Origin: an uncultured Gemmatimonadales bacterium
Lineage (GTDB): Bacteria > Gemmatimonadota > Gemmatimonadetes > Gemmatimonadales > GWC2-71-9
NCBI GenBank assembly: GCA_963821385.1
Contig: CAWGDK010000005.1
Coordinates: 31,538-95,537, forward strand
Length of the DNA stretch: 64,000 bases
Direction: 5' to 3'
The notes below the pieces were generated by a model, which saw only the letters and a program-made list of their open reading frames with translations, was not told the origin of the DNA and made no database searches. Below, one piece after another: positions 44,062 through 55,261 of this stretch; within the stretch, counting starts at the first letter, position 1, and each line of letters begins with the position of its first letter. The position numbers and the translations under genes are program-made.

Positions 44062-46296
44062 CTAGCCGCAGATCTCGTCCAGCTCCTCGAGCCCCACCAG
44101 CACATCGCGTGGCTTGCTGCCGTTGGCCGGCCCGAGAATCCCCGCCAGCTCGAGCTGGTCGATGATGCGCGCGGCGCGGCCGTACCCGATGCTCATGCGC
44201 CGCTGCAGCAGGGAGGTGGACCCGAGCTGATTCTGAATGCACACCTCCGCGGCCTGGCGGAACAGCGCATCACGCTCCCCGGGGTCTCCGCCGCCTTCTC
44301 CCCCACCTTCGCTGGTCTCCGCCGCCTGGATGGCCGCGACTTGACCCTCGATCGCGGTCTGCGTCTGTGCGGCCAGGGCCGCGGAGGCATGGGCCCGGTA
44401 CCACTCCATCAACCGCTCCGTTTCTTCGGTCGAGATGTAGGCCCCTTGTACGCGCATCGGCTCGCTCTTCCCCGGTGGGAGGAACAGCATGTCGCCGTTT
44501 CCCAACAAGGTCTCGGCGCCGTTCTGGTCGAGAATCGTGCGGCTATCCACCTTGGCCGATACGCGAAACGCGATGCGGCACGGAAAATTCGCCTTGATGA
44601 GCCCGGTAATCACATTCACGGATGGGCGCTGCGTTGCCAGGATGAGGTGAATGCCGATGGCCCTGGCTTTCTGCGCCAGGGACGCGAGCGGCGTCTCGAT
44701 CTCCCCCTGCACCGTCAGCATCAGGTCGGCCAGCTCGTCCACCACGACGACGATGTACGGCAGGATCCCGTCCTTGTACGCGCCCTCCTCGAACGGCTGC
44801 TCCTTGGTCACCCCGGCAAGGGTCGCCAGAGTCTCGCGCGGACCCTTGAGTGGTTTGCCGTCGGCCACCTTGCGATTGAAGTCGCTGATGTTCCGCGCCC
44901 CATTCGCATGCAGCAGCTTGTAGCGCCGATCCATTTCCCACACCGCCCACTTGAGGACCGTCGCCGCCTTGTGGTGGTTCGTGACCACCGGCAGGCCGAG
45001 GTGCGGCAAGTCCTTGTACATCGACAATTCGACCATCTTCGGGTCGACCATCAGCAATTTGAGCGTCTCCGGCGGATAGGCATAGATGAGACTGGTCACG
45101 ATGGCGTTGATGCAGACCGACTTCCCCGATCCGGTTGCTCCCGCGATCAAGAGATGCGGCATCTTGGCCAGGTCGTCGTACACCTCCTGCCCTTCGAGAT
45201 CGCGCCCCAGAACCACCGGCAGGATCCGCCCGTGGGCGCGGAAGCGCGCATTGTCGACCAATTCCCGGATGGTGACCATGCGCGCTCGAGGGTTCGGCAC
45301 TTCGATACCGACGCGGGCCTTGCCGGGAATCGGCGCGACGATGCGCAGACTGCGGGCTTTCATGGCCAGCGCCAGGTCATCGGCGAGCGACGCGATCCGT
45401 CCCACTTTTACGCCGGGCCCGGGCTCCAGCTCGTAGCGGGTGACGACGGGTCCAACGGTCCGATCAGCGATCGTTCCGCCAACTCGGAATGTTTCCAGCG
45501 TCGCGACGAGGCGGTGCCCCATCGCGTCGATCTCTTCGGTGCCCGGATCGAGCTCCTCCGAGCTGGGCGCGGACAGGAGCTCCGGCGGGGGAATGAGCAC
45601 GCCCTCCGGCACGGGCATCGCCGCCGGCGGGCGGGAGACGGGCTTGACCTTCCGGCCTCGGGCCGCCTTTTCTCGGGCTTCGTCGTCGCGCGGGGAAATG
45701 ACGGTGATCGGGGTCGCGGGAAGCGAATCCTCGTCGAACGGGACCGCTCGCTTCACCTCACGCGCCGGCTTGCGAGAGTGCCGCCCGTCCTCAGAAACCG
45801 GACCTTCCTCCCCCGCCCGCAGCATCGCCAACGGATGCCACCCGATCGTGAGGATCCCGAGCGCCGAGACGGCAAACACGCCAATCAGGATCCCGCCGGC
45901 GGTGCCGATCGCTCCGGTCACGGCGCTGGCAATCCAACCCGGCACGATACCCACCAAGCGCTGCGCGGTGCTCCAGCGCACGTAGTCGGCCGGGAACGCC
46001 AGATCCACTCGTCCGGCGACTCCGACCGCGTAGGGAACGAGCAAGATGAGTCCGGCGACGAGGACGGCCACGCGGGGCGTCGACAGGGATCCGAGCCGAC
46101 CGAACGCGGCCAGGGCCCAGCCGATTCCCATCACCGGGAGCAGCACGGCGCCCAGACCGAGGCCGTGCCAACACAGGGCGCCGAGCCGGTTGCCGACGCC
46201 CCCGGTCACATGCCACGGCAGCAAGGTGAGTCCGAGGAACAGCCCGACGACGAGGGCGCCGACGCCGATCAGCTCGGCCCGCACCCTCGGGTTCAT
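44062..46296 (-). CDS. ftsK: DNA translocase FtsK
   Basis: N-terminal TM helices, GATGSGKSV, VVVVDELADLM, C-terminal gamma winged-helix (LLQRRMSIGYGRAARIID). Confidence 0.9.
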   Translation of the reverse strand: MNPRVRAELIGVGALVVGLFLGLTLLPWHVTGGVGNRLGALCWHGLGLGAVLLPVMGIGWALAAFGRLGSLSTPRVAVLVAGLILLVPYAVGVAGRVDLAFPADYVRWSTAQRLVGIVPGWIASAVTGAIGTAGGILIGVFAVSALGILTIGWHPLAMLRAGEEGPVSEDGRHSRKPAREVKRAVPFDEDSLPATPITVISPRDDEAREKAARGRKVKPVSRPPAAMPVPEGVLIPPPELLSAPSSEELDPGTEEIDAMGHRLVATLETFRVGGTIADRTVGPVVTRYELEPGPGVKVGRIASLADDLALAMKARSLRIVAPIPGKARVGIEVPNPRARMVTIRELVDNARFRAHGRILPVVLGRDLEGQEVYDDLAKMPHLLIAGATGSGKSVCINAIVTSLIYAYPPETLKLLMVDPKMVELSMYKDLPHLGLPVVTNHHKAATVLKWAVWEMDRRYKLLHANGARNISDFNRKVADGKPLKGPRETLATLAGVTKEQPFEEGAYKDGILPYIVVVVDELADLMLTVQGEIETPLASLAQKARAIGIHLILATQRPSVNVITGLIKANFPCRIAFRVSAKVDSRTILDQNGAETLLGNGDMLFLPPGKSEPMRVQGAYISTEETERLMEWYRAHASAALAAQTQTAIEGQVAAIQAAETSEGGGEGGGDPGERDALFRQAAEVCIQNQLGSTSLLQRRMSIGYGRAARIIDQLELAGILGPANGSKPRDVLVGLEELDEICG

Positions 46297-47012
46297 GTGA
46301 TGCGACGCTCGCTGTACGTCGGCACGTTGGCGAACCGGTCGACCTGGGCGCTGAATCGGACGTCATCTCCCAGCCCCAGCGCCTGCAGGGTGCGTCCCGC
46401 TTCGCAGGTCGTCAGCGCGTCCAGCCAATCCTTGTAGCGCTGTGTGAGCGACACGGCTACGCCGGCGCCGTCGTTCAGCGTGACGCGCCGCAAGCGCTTC
46501 TTCACGTCCTTCACGAGGCGACCGGCGACATACGCGTCCTCGAGCGCGAACTGCTTCTCGTGCCCGGCGCAGATGATGGCCAGATCGCTGCGCTCGACCA
46601 ACACCCCGCGCGCGCGCTCGGCCAGGGCGCCAAAATTGATCGCGGCGCCGACCAGCACGACATCGGCGCCCTGGGCGGCCACCAGGGCCGGTGTGCCGTT
46701 GGTGGTCGACAGGTACACCGTCTTGCCCCCGACCTGGTCCGGCGTCATGTCGAGCGGTGAGTTCCCCAAGGTGAAGCCCGGAATGGGCAGGTATTTCCGC
46801 TCGCCGGCCAGGACGAATCCGTCTTTTTCCAGGTTGGCGGTCATCTTGACCGCTTCGTCAGATGAAGCGGCCGGCACCACCGAGCGTGCCCCGCTCGCCA
46901 GGGCCGCCACGATCGACGTCGTGGCCCGCAGCACGTCGATAACGACGACCCCCCGGCCGGCGAGATCTCCCGCGGTGAGGCCGAGTGGAGTGAAGTAGAC
47001 GTCGAGCTTCAT
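46293..47012 (-). CDS. comB: 2-phosphosulfolactate phosphatase family protein
   Basis: [22 protein letters not shown]-terminal signature; 239 aa. Confidence 0.65.
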   Translation of the reverse strand: MKLDVYFTPLGLTAGDLAGRGVVVIDVLRATTSIVAALASGARSVVPAASSDEAVKMTANLEKDGFVLAGERKYLPIPGFTLGNSPLDMTPDQVGGKTVYLSTTNGTPALVAAQGADVVLVGAAINFGALAERARGVLVERSDLAIICAGHEKQFALEDAYVAGRLVKDVKKRLRRVTLNDGAGVAVSLTQRYKDWLDALTTCEAGRTLQALGLGDDVRFSAQVDRFANVPTYSERRIT

Positions 47013-48367
47013 GGTGAATCTTTGAGGAGCTGCGGCTCTCGCTCGAGGAACTTGGTGTCGACTTTGCCGGCGACGAAGTCGGGGTGGCGCATGACCCGAC
47101 TCAGGAAGGGGATCGTCGTCGTCACGCCTTCAATGATAAACGAGTCGAGGGCCTGGCGCATGCGGGCGATCGCTTCCTCACGGTCGTTGCCTTGTACGAT
47201 CACTTTCGCGAGCAGCGAGTCGTAGTAGGGGGGAACGGTATAGCCGTCGTAGATGTGGGTGTCGACCCGCACCCCGGGACCACCGGGCGGGTGGTAGGCC
47301 GTGATCAAGCCCGGCGAGGGCTGAAAATTGCGCGCCGGGTCCTCGGCGTTCACCCGGCATTCTATGGCGTGCCCCCGCAGCCGATTCCCGTGCAACGTCA
47401 TTGACAACGGCTCGCCGGCGGCGACCCGGATCTGCTCTTTCACCAAGTCGAAATTGGTGCACATCTCGGTGACCGGATGCTCCACCTGGATGCGGGTATT
47501 CATCTCCATGAAATAGAACGAGCCGTCCTCGTCGAGCAGGAACTCGATGGTGCCGGCGCCGACGTAGTCGATCGCCGTGGCCAGGCGCACCGCGGACGCG
47601 CCGATCCGCTCGCGCAGCTCCTGATCCAGCGCCGGACTGGGTGCTTCCTCGATCAGTTTCTGGTGGCGTCGCTGAATCGAGCAGTCGCGCTCGCACAGAT
47701 GCATCACCTGCTTGTGCTGGTCGCCCATGACCTGGATTTCGATGTGCCGCGGGCGGGCGAGGTACTTCTCGATATAGACCTGGTCGGACCCGAAGGCGGC
47801 CAGCGCCTCCTGGCGGGCGAGGCTGTACGCCTGGGCGAACGCGTCGGCGTCCACCGCGACCCGCATCCCTTTTCCCCCGCCGCCGGCGGCGGCCTTGATG
47901 ATCACCGGAAAACCGATGTCGCCGGCGGTGGCGATCCCCTCTTCAAGACTTTCGACCGGTCCGGGCGAGCCCGGCACAGTCGGCACCTTCAGCTCCTGGG
48001 CCAGCTTGCGGGCCGCGGCCTTGTCCCCCATCTGTCGGATTTGCTGCGCGGTTGGTCCGATGAACGCAATCCCGGAGGTGCTCACGATCTCCGCGAACTC
48101 CGCGTTCTCGGCGAGGAACCCGTAGCCGGGGTGGATGGCGTCGGCGCCGGTGATTTCCGCGGCCGCGATGATGCGGGGAATGTTGAGGTAACTGTCGCGA
48201 CTCGGGGGCCGGCCGATGCAGACGTCGTCGTCGGCGAAGCGGACGTGCAGGCATTCGCGGTCCGCTTCCGAATAGACCGCGACGGTGGCGATGCCCAGCT
48301 CCTTACAGGCGCGAATCACCCGCAGGGCGATCTCCCCGCGGTTGGCGATCAGCACCTTCCGGAACAT
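47009..48367 (-). CDS. accC: acetyl-CoA carboxylase, biotin carboxylase subunit
   Basis: [24 protein letters not shown]-grasp core, [13 protein letters not shown] 48367 shares 1 nt with the pilT stop. Confidence 0.95.
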   Translation of the reverse strand: MFRKVLIANRGEIALRVIRACKELGIATVAVYSEADRECLHVRFADDDVCIGRPPSRDSYLNIPRIIAAAEITGADAIHPGYGFLAENAEFAEIVSTSGIAFIGPTAQQIRQMGDKAAARKLAQELKVPTVPGSPGPVESLEEGIATAGDIGFPVIIKAAAGGGGKGMRVAVDADAFAQAYSLARQEALAAFGSDQVYIEKYLARPRHIEIQVMGDQHKQVMHLCERDCSIQRRHQKLIEEAPSPALDQELRERIGASAVRLATAIDYVGAGTIEFLLDEDGSFYFMEMNTRIQVEHPVTEMCTNFDLVKEQIRVAAGEPLSMTLHGNRLRGHAIECRVNAEDPARNFQPSPGLITAYHPPGGPGVRVDTHIYDGYTVPPYYDSLLAKVIVQGNDREEAIARMRQALDSFIIEGVTTTIPFLSRVMRHPDFVAGKVDTKFLEREPQLLKDSP

Positions 48368-49533
48368 CAGCTCGTGAGGCTGATCGACTCGACGCCGGCC
48401 GACGCGCCGGGATTGCCGAGCTTGCTCCCCGACGCGTCCACGCCCGAGACCTTGAGGGCGAATTCGCTGGGGTTGGTCGCGTAGAAGATCGCACTCTCGT
48501 AGCTGATCATGCCCTGCTGGTACCAATGGAACAGGGACTGGTCGAAGCTCTGCATGCCGTACTGGATCGAGCCCTCGGCGATCAGATCCGGAATGTCGAG
48601 CTGCCGGGAGAGGTCGCGAATATTGTCCGCCACGGCCGCGGTGTTGATCAGGACCTCCGCGGCCGGCACGCGACCCTTGGCGTCCTTGCGTGGGACGAGC
48701 CGCAGCGACACCACCGCCTGGAGCGCGGTCGACAGCAGGTGACGCACCTCGTCGTGCTGGTGCGGCGGGAAGAACGAGATGACGCGGTTGATGGTCTGCG
48801 TCGCATCCGTCGTATGCAGCGTCGAAAACACGAGGTGTCCGGTGTCCGCGGCCTTGAGCGACGTATCGAGCGTCTCCATGTCGCGGATTTCGCCGATCAG
48901 AATCACGTCGGGATCCTGACGCAACACGTGCCGCAGGGCGGACCCGAAGGACAACGTGTCGTTGCCCACTTCCCGCTGCGAAATATTGGCCAGGTTGTCG
49001 CGATGCAGGAACTCGATCGGATCTTCGATCGTGATGATGTTGACCCGCCGGCTCGCGTTGACGTGGTTGATCATCGCCGCGAGACAGGTGGACTTGCCCG
49101 ACCCCGTGACGCCGGTCACCAGGACGAGCCCGCGCGGGCGCAGGGCGATTTCCTCGAGCACGGGCGGCAGGTTCAACTCCCGAATCGTCTTCACTTCGTA
49201 CGGAATGGCCCGGAACGCGAACGCGACCGTGCCGCGCTGCTGATACACGTTGGTCCGGAACCGGCCGACGCCGGGAACACCGATGGCGAAATCCGCCTCC
49301 TTGTGCTCCGCGAACTCCTTCACCTGACGCGGCGTCATGATTTGCTCGGCGAGCGATTTCAGCTCTTCCGGCTTCAGCGGCTGGGTTTCGAGCGCGACCA
49401 GATCGCCGTTGACGCGAATCGTGGCGGGGCGACCGACTTTGAGCAGCAAGTCGGACCCGTTGCGCTGAACCATCTGGGTAATGGCCGCCTTGAAGTTGAA
49501 CGGCGGCGGGTTGCCCTGCGGTGCGTCAGGCAT
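48367..49533 (-). CDS. pilT: type IV pilus retraction ATPase PilT
   Basis: [34 protein letters not shown] and [10 protein letters not shown] motifs. ATG 49533 overlaps the accB end by 8 nt. Confidence 0.85.
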   Translation of the reverse strand: MPDAPQGNPPPFNFKAAITQMVQRNGSDLLLKVGRPATIRVNGDLVALETQPLKPEELKSLAEQIMTPRQVKEFAEHKEADFAIGVPGVGRFRTNVYQQRGTVAFAFRAIPYEVKTIRELNLPPVLEEIALRPRGLVLVTGVTGSGKSTCLAAMINHVNASRRVNIITIEDPIEFLHRDNLANISQREVGNDTLSFGSALRHVLRQDPDVILIGEIRDMETLDTSLKAADTGHLVFSTLHTTDATQTINRVISFFPPHQHDEVRHLLSTALQAVVSLRLVPRKDAKGRVPAAEVLINTAAVADNIRDLSRQLDIPDLIAEGSIQYGMQSFDQSLFHWYQQGMISYESAIFYATNPSEFALKVSGVDASGSKLGNPGASAGVESISLTS

Positions 49534-49999
49534 GAGGATCCACCCGGAAAAGGACCTGGCCGAACTCCACGGGCTGGGCGTTCTCCACACACACTTCGCG
49601 AATGACGCCCTGCACCTCGGACTCGATTTCGTTCATGATCTTCATTGCTTCGATGATGCAGACGACCTGCCCCGACGCGATCCGGTTGCCGACCTTGGCA
49701 TACGCCTCGGCGCCCGGTTCGGGGGACTTATAGAACGTTCCCACCATGGGCGACTTGATGTCGACCAGGGGGGAGGGTGGCGCCGCCAATGGCGCCGAGG
49801 CTCCAGCCGCCGGGGCATGCGCGGCTGGCGCTGCTCCGGCCGCGATCACCACGGATTGCCCCGCCGGGGTGGCGTGACCCGTTTTGGACACCCGAACCGA
49901 GGACCACATCCCGAACGGCCCGCGGCGGACTTCGATGGCCCCGAGCTCCGGTGCTTCCTGCAGGATTTTGACCAGCTGCCCGATAATGTCCAGGTTCAT
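49526..49999 (-). CDS. accB: acetyl-CoA carboxylase biotin carboxyl carrier protein
   Basis: Ala/Pro linker and biotinyl-lysine motif EAMKIMNEIE. Confidence 0.9.
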   Translation of the reverse strand: MNLDIIGQLVKILQEAPELGAIEVRRGPFGMWSSVRVSKTGHATPAGQSVVIAAGAAPAAHAPAAGASAPLAAPPSPLVDIKSPMVGTFYKSPEPGAEAYAKVGNRIASGQVVCIIEAMKIMNEIESEVQGVIREVCVENAQPVEFGQVLFRVDPHA

Positions 50000-50039
50000 G
50001 TCGTCTGGGTTCGTGACACGGAGTCCAAATAGACCACCG

Positions 50040-51134
50040 TCAGGTCAATTCCACCAGATCGGTGGCGCCGTCGGACAGCAACACCGGCCCGTCGGCGGCC
50101 AGGTGCACGTCGTCCTCGATGCGGACCCCACCCTGTCCAGCGAGATAAATGCCGGGCTCGACCGTGACAACCGAATCGACGGGCAGGGGCTCGGTGTTGA
50201 CGCGGGCGAGGCGCGGCGCTTCGTGCACCTCCAACCCCAACCCATGCCCGAGCGAATGGCCAAACGCGTCGCCGAACCCCCGGGCGGCGATCACATCCCG
50301 AGCCAGCGCATCCGCCTCCCGCCCGCTCATCCCGGCACGGATCCGTTCGCGCGCCAAGCGCTGCGCCGCCTGCACGATCTCATACAGCACGCGTTGACGC
50401 TCCGTGGCCCGCGCGCCGACCACGACCGTACGGGTAATATCGGCACAGTACCCGTCCACCTGAGCGCCAAAGTCTAGCAGCAGCCATTCCCCGCGCGCCA
50501 CCGGCCTCGGACTCGTCCGCGCGTGAGGCCAGGCGGTCCGTTCTCCCGACGCCACGATCGTCGGGAACGGATGCGCTTCGCTGCCGAGCCGCCGGAGCTG
50601 CCCTTCGAGCTGCCCCGCGATCTCGCGCTCGGTCTGTCCCACGCGGACGGCACACAGCGTGGCGCGCAGGGCCTCCGTCGCGAGCGTCGCGGCCGCGCGA
50701 ATAGCGGCGACCTCGCCCGACGACTTGCGCAGCCGCAGACGCTCCACGAGCTCCGGGGCCGGCAGCCATTGCCAGGACGTGGCGGTCGCGGTGAGGCGCT
50801 GCGCATCCTTGGCCCACATGGCGTGGGCTTCGTACGCGATCGACTCCAGCGGGCCGAACGACCCCAACTCCTTGAACAGCCGCTCCCAGGCGCTGGTCTG
50901 TTCGACGACGACGCGCGCCGCCCCATCTACCTCGGCGTGCGCCTGCTCCTCGTAGCGGAAATCCGTGACCAGGAGCATGCCGCGTTGCGTCGCGATGCCC
51001 AGCGCCGCCGACCCGGAAAACCCGGTGAGGTACCGGATATTCGGCAGCGACGTGATGAGCAGCGCATCAAAACCTTCGGCCGCCAGCAGTTCGGCGAGCG
51101 CCGCCTGGCGCTCCGACCGGGGATCAGAAGCCAC
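50040..51134 (-). CDS. pepP: Xaa-Pro aminopeptidase (M24B)
   Basis: Creatinase-like N-domain, HSLGHGLGLEVHE, VVTVEPGIY. Confidence 0.85.
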   Translation of the reverse strand: MASDPRSERQAALAELLAAEGFDALLITSLPNIRYLTGFSGSAALGIATQRGMLLVTDFRYEEQAHAEVDGAARVVVEQTSAWERLFKELGSFGPLESIAYEAHAMWAKDAQRLTATATSWQWLPAPELVERLRLRKSSGEVAAIRAAATLATEALRATLCAVRVGQTEREIAGQLEGQLRRLGSEAHPFPTIVASGERTAWPHARTSPRPVARGEWLLLDFGAQVDGYCADITRTVVVGARATERQRVLYEIVQAAQRLARERIRAGMSGREADALARDVIAARGFGDAFGHSLGHGLGLEVHEAPRLARVNTEPLPVDSVVTVEPGIYLAGQGGVRIEDDVHLAADGPVLLSDGATDLVELT

Positions 51135-51570
51135 GGCGCGCGAGGAGCCGGCGAACCAGGCCGTCCAGACCCAGGCGATAACTGTCGGCGCCGAATCCGG
51201 CTACGATTCCGATCGCCAGATCCGCGAGGAGCGAACGGCGACGCTCCGGCTCCCGGGCGAAGATATTGGACAAGTGGACTTCGACGAACGGAACCCCGAC
51301 CGCGAGGACCGCATCCCGCACCGCCAAGCTGGTGTGGGTAAACGCGGCCGCGTTGATGAGGGCGCCGTCGACGCTGCCCCGCAGCCCCTGGATCGCCTCG
51401 ACCAGGTCTCCCTCGTGGTTGGTCTGCGTCCACAGACACTCGACCCCGAGCGCGACCGCTTGAGCACGGACCGCCGCCTCGATCTCTTCGAGCGTCTCGC
51501 GACCGTAGACTTCTGGCTCCCGCGCGCCCAGTAAGTTGAGATTGGGGCCGTTCAAAACGGCGATGCGCAC
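51124..51570 (-). CDS. aroQ: type II 3-dehydroquinate dehydratase
   Basis: VLNGPNLNLLGAREPEVYG, QTNHEG and NAAAFTHTS motifs. GTG 51570 shares 1 nt with the upstream stop; the longest ORF reaches 51594. Confidence 0.9.
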   Translation of the reverse strand: MRIAVLNGPNLNLLGAREPEVYGRETLEEIEAAVRAQAVALGVECLWTQTNHEGDLVEAIQGLRGSVDGALINAAAFTHTSLAVRDAVLAVGVPFVEVHLSNIFAREPERRRSLLADLAIGIVAGFGADSYRLGLDGLVRRLLARRGF

Positions 51571-53258
51571 TAGGCCTTGAGGCTTTTGAGCCAAGCCTGG
51601 AACTGATCCAGGTCCTCTTCCTGCTCAGGAGAGCGGGAGCGCCCCGAGGGCCGGGGAGGCCGTGAATTGGCGGCGGGCCCTTTGCCGGTTCCCGGTGCCG
51701 GGGTCGCGGACGTACCGAAAAAATCATCGAACGAAAACCCGCCGCTGGCAGGCGGCAACTTGCTCGGTTTTTCAGGAATCGGCTCGGACAAAGCCGGAAT
51801 CGACCCGCGCCCCCCCTCGTCGCCGAATACCGAATCGAGTGAGATGGCATCGTTCGCCGGTCTCGTCGGCGTCCCGGGAGCGGGGGGATCCAGCTGCCCG
51901 TCACCGGATGGCGGCGTGACCAGCTCAGCCACCGGCGGCTGGGGCGCCGGGGACGGCGGCGGAGGCTCCGCCATCCTGAGGGGCGGGGGCGCTGGCGCGC
52001 CGGGGCGCGCGCGCAAGATGCCCTTGAGGAAGGCGGCCGCGGACTGCCCGCTGCCCGAATGCCTGGGCGTTCTGGTTCCCAGCTCCGCGACCTTCTCCTG
52101 CAGTCGCTCATCCCCGGGGCGTTGTGCCGCGAGGGCCTCATACACTCGCAGCGCATCTTCGCGATGGCCCTGATGCAGGTACAGCTCCGCCATCGTTTCG
52201 GTCAGCACCGGCTCCGCTTGCGAGAGGGCCGCGGCATCGGCCGCCCCGTCGTCATCCGGCAGGTGCAGGGGTGGCGTTGGCTGCGTGCTGGCGACCACCG
52301 GCGACTCGTACGCGGGAGGTGCCTCAACGTCTTCCGGCATGATGAGCGGCAGATCCTGCGCGGGTTCCAGCGGAGTCTGCTCGGAAGGCAATTCGGTGTC
52401 CACCTTGAACAGTCCGCTGCCCTCGTACTGCGTGCGCGCCAGCCCCTCGACCTGCACTTCAGCCTCCGGCTCTACCACGACCGGCTCGTCGAACACAATC
52501 CCCTCGGGCGTGGCCGCCTCAGCCGCGACGGCCTTGAAATCCACACTCCCATCGTAGCTCTGAAGCTCCTCCGTCGTATCGGCGGCGGTCGCCGGGGGTT
52601 CGGACGTTCGCTCCAGCTCGAAATCGGGTTTCTCGAGGGCGGCCGTCGGTGCATCGGCGATTCCGGCGTTGAACGGGCCTTCCATGTATTCGATCGAGAG
52701 CCGCGGTGGCCGGGCTCCCGGCGCGGCGGCGTCCGCAGCCCCGAGCTCCAACTCTTCGTGCTCGACCTGCAGCGGTGCTTCCGCCGCCGCAGGCTCCAAC
52801 ACGATGGTATCCGGTGGCTGCACCGCGGGGGTGGGTTTGGTCGGCGTGGCGGCCGCCTTGGCGCGCATGCGCGACAATCCTTCGGCCGCCTCACCGTTCA
52901 TCGGATCGGCCAGCAGCAGGCGATTGAGCCACTCCACCCCGTGGTCGAAGCGTTCGTTGCGCTCGGCGATTTCCGCGAGGACCTTCAGCGCGAGAATATT
53001 CTCGGGATCGAGATCGAGCACGCGGCGAAATACTTCTTCGGCGGCGACGTCGTCCTTCTTGTCGACCAGGCAGCGCCCGTGTACGATGTGACCGCTGACG
53101 TAGTCAGGGTGGAGCTGCAAACCGGCCTGACACAGTTCGATCGCGTTATCTATAAGCCCTGCTTTGCGATACGCGTCCGCCAAGGGGGCGAAGTTCCGTC
53201 CCTTGGGGTTTTCGCGGTAGCGCGCTTCGAGCTTCTCGATTTCGCTGGTGTAGGCCAC
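51570..53258 (-). CDS. TPR-repeat protein with long Pro/Ala-rich middle region
   Basis: N- and C-terminal TPR-like helices (YRKAGLIDNAIELCQAGLQLHPDY; ELYLHQGHREDALRVYEALAAQRP). Confidence 0.7.
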   Translation of the reverse strand: MAYTSEIEKLEARYRENPKGRNFAPLADAYRKAGLIDNAIELCQAGLQLHPDYVSGHIVHGRCLVDKKDDVAAEEVFRRVLDLDPENILALKVLAEIAERNERFDHGVEWLNRLLLADPMNGEAAEGLSRMRAKAAATPTKPTPAVQPPDTIVLEPAAAEAPLQVEHEELELGAADAAAPGARPPRLSIEYMEGPFNAGIADAPTAALEKPDFELERTSEPPATAADTTEELQSYDGSVDFKAVAAEAATPEGIVFDEPVVVEPEAEVQVEGLARTQYEGSGLFKVDTELPSEQTPLEPAQDLPLIMPEDVEAPPAYESPVVASTQPTPPLHLPDDDGAADAAALSQAEPVLTETMAELYLHQGHREDALRVYEALAAQRPGDERLQEKVAELGTRTPRHSGSGQSAAAFLKGILRARPGAPAPPPLRMAEPPPPSPAPQPPVAELVTPPSGDGQLDPPAPGTPTRPANDAISLDSVFGDEGGRGSIPALSEPIPEKPSKLPPASGGFSFDDFFGTSATPAPGTGKGPAANSRPPRPSGRSRSPEQEEDLDQFQAWLKSLKA

Positions 53259-53405
53259 AGCCTAAGTCTTTGTGGGAATTGGTCTAACTTAGTAATCAGC
53301 CGGGCAAGCGTCAATCTGACCGCGCCCCGTGAACTTGAGTTTGTTCGTTGTCGGGCTTAGACTTATCCCCCCTCGCCCATCTTTAAGCACGGAGTTTCCT
53401 GAGCA

Positions 53406-55241
53406 ATGATGCGCACGATGCGGGAGAACACCAAGTGGGTGTTCTACATCCTCGCTTTCAGCTTCATTGGTTGGCTCGTCTTCGACGTCGCCATGGGAGT
53501 GACCGGTAGCGGCTCGGGACAGAGCGACGTCGTATTACGAATCGACGGTGAGAAGATCCACCTGCAGCAGTATCAGGCGGCGTTGCAAGGGGCGGTGGAG
53601 CAGGCGCGGCAACGATCCGGTGGAACGTTGAGCCGCGAGGACGAAAAGCAGGTCGAAGACCAGTTGGTGGAGCAGCTCACCCGCGAAGTGCTGATGCAGC
53701 ACGAGACGCGCCGCCTCGGCATCACGGTGACCGACCAGGAAATCCGCGAGGCGGCACAGTCTTCGCCTCCTTCCGAGGTCTATTCGGTCCCCGAATTCCA
53801 GACCAACGGTCAGTTCGATCCCAACAAATGGCGGCGCTTCCTCCAGAGCGGGTCCAGCAAGGACTTCCTCGTCCAGCTCGAATCCCGATATCGCCAGCAG
53901 ATCCCGCAGGTGAAGCTGCTGCAATACATCACCGCTGACCTGTACGTGTCCGACGCCAAGTTGTGGCGGTCCTATCGAGATCAGCACGACTCCGCCTCGA
54001 TTGCCCTGGTGGCGATTGGACCGGAGCAGATCCCGGATTCCGCCGCCCAGCCGACCGATGAGGAAGTCGCCCGCTACTACCGGGCCCACCAGCAGGATTT
54101 CAAGCGACCGGCAGCCGCGTGGCTCAGCTTCGTCGCCGTTCCGCGCCGACCCAATGCATCGGATTCGGCCGCCGCGCTGGCGCGGGCGACCGCGCTGCGC
54201 GTCGAAGCGGCCGCCACGCAGGCCAAGTTCGAGGACGTGGCGCGGCGGGAGTCCGGCGATACCGGGTCGGGGCGGCAGGGTGGAGACCTCGGGTGGATCA
54301 AACGCAATCAACCCGGCTTCGACACCTTGTTTCTGGCCGGGATGCGGCGCCTCGGCGTCGGCCAGGTTTCGCCGCCGGTGCGATCGAGCTTTGGGTATCA
54401 CATCATCCGCGTCGACGCGGCGAGCGGCGATTCGGTGCACGCGCGGCACATCCTCGTGCCCATCGAGTTGGCCGGGGCGCACCGCGATTCCGTCGAAGCG
54501 CGAGCCGACAGTCTCGACCGCTTTGCCGCTGAACGGGATAGCGGGTGGCTGCTCGACAGTGCGGCGCAGCGGCTCGGCTTGCCGCTGGGTCACGCTCCGA
54601 AGCTGGTTGATGGCGACCGCATGGTGCTCGGTGAATACGTGATCCCCGACGTCAGCGTGTGGGCGTTCGAGCGGGCGCCGGGCCAGACGAGCCCGGTCAT
54701 CGAAGGCGAGGTCGCCTACTACGTCTTCCGAGTCGATTCGGCCACCCCGGAAGGGGTTGCCCCACTCGCCGTGGTGCGCGACCAAGTCGTGTATCAAGCC
54801 CGGCTGGAGAAGAAGGGTGCCCAGTGGCACGCCCGGGCTGAACAACTCGCCGAGCAGATCAAGTCGGCGCCGACGCTCGAAGCGGGAGCCGCCGCACAGG
54901 GATTCCGGGTCGATCGGCTCGCCCCGTTCAGCCGGCTGCGCCCCCCTCCAATGTTGCAGCTGGAGCCGAAAGTGATCGGCGCGGCTTTCGGATTGCGATC
55001 AGGTCAGCGCAGTGGGGTCATCACCGGGGAGCACCGGGCCTACATCATCGAGTCGCTGGGACGGACCTCCGCCGATTCCGCCGCCTGGGTCGCCCAACGG
55101 GATGCCCAGCGGGAGAGCCTGTTGCAGGCGGCCCGTCAGGCACGGGTCGACCAGTACATCACGGCCCTTCGCAAACAGGCCAACGTCGTCGATCGGCGCA
55201 AAGAGATCTTCCGGAGCCAAAGCCCAGCCGCCGGCAGCTAG
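53406..55241 (+). CDS. ppiD: periplasmic chaperone / peptidyl-prolyl isomerase PpiD-like
   Basis: N-terminal TM anchor, SurA-N-like region, parvulin block GGDLGWI..FGYHIIRV. Confidence 0.75.
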   Translation: MMRTMRENTKWVFYILAFSFIGWLVFDVAMGVTGSGSGQSDVVLRIDGEKIHLQQYQAALQGAVEQARQRSGGTLSREDEKQVEDQLVEQLTREVLMQHETRRLGITVTDQEIREAAQSSPPSEVYSVPEFQTNGQFDPNKWRRFLQSGSSKDFLVQLESRYRQQIPQVKLLQYITADLYVSDAKLWRSYRDQHDSASIALVAIGPEQIPDSAAQPTDEEVARYYRAHQQDFKRPAAAWLSFVAVPRRPNASDSAAALARATALRVEAAATQAKFEDVARRESGDTGSGRQGGDLGWIKRNQPGFDTLFLAGMRRLGVGQVSPPVRSSFGYHIIRVDAASGDSVHARHILVPIELAGAHRDSVEARADSLDRFAAERDSGWLLDSAAQRLGLPLGHAPKLVDGDRMVLGEYVIPDVSVWAFERAPGQTSPVIEGEVAYYVFRVDSATPEGVAPLAVVRDQVVYQARLEKKGAQWHARAEQLAEQIKSAPTLEAGAAAQGFRVDRLAPFSRLRPPPMLQLEPKVIGAAFGLRSGQRSGVITGEHRAYIIESLGRTSADSAAWVAQRDAQRESLLQAARQARVDQYITALRKQANVVDRRKEIFRSQSPAAGS

Positions 55242-55261
55242 CCGGCGGGGGAGGCGGGGGG

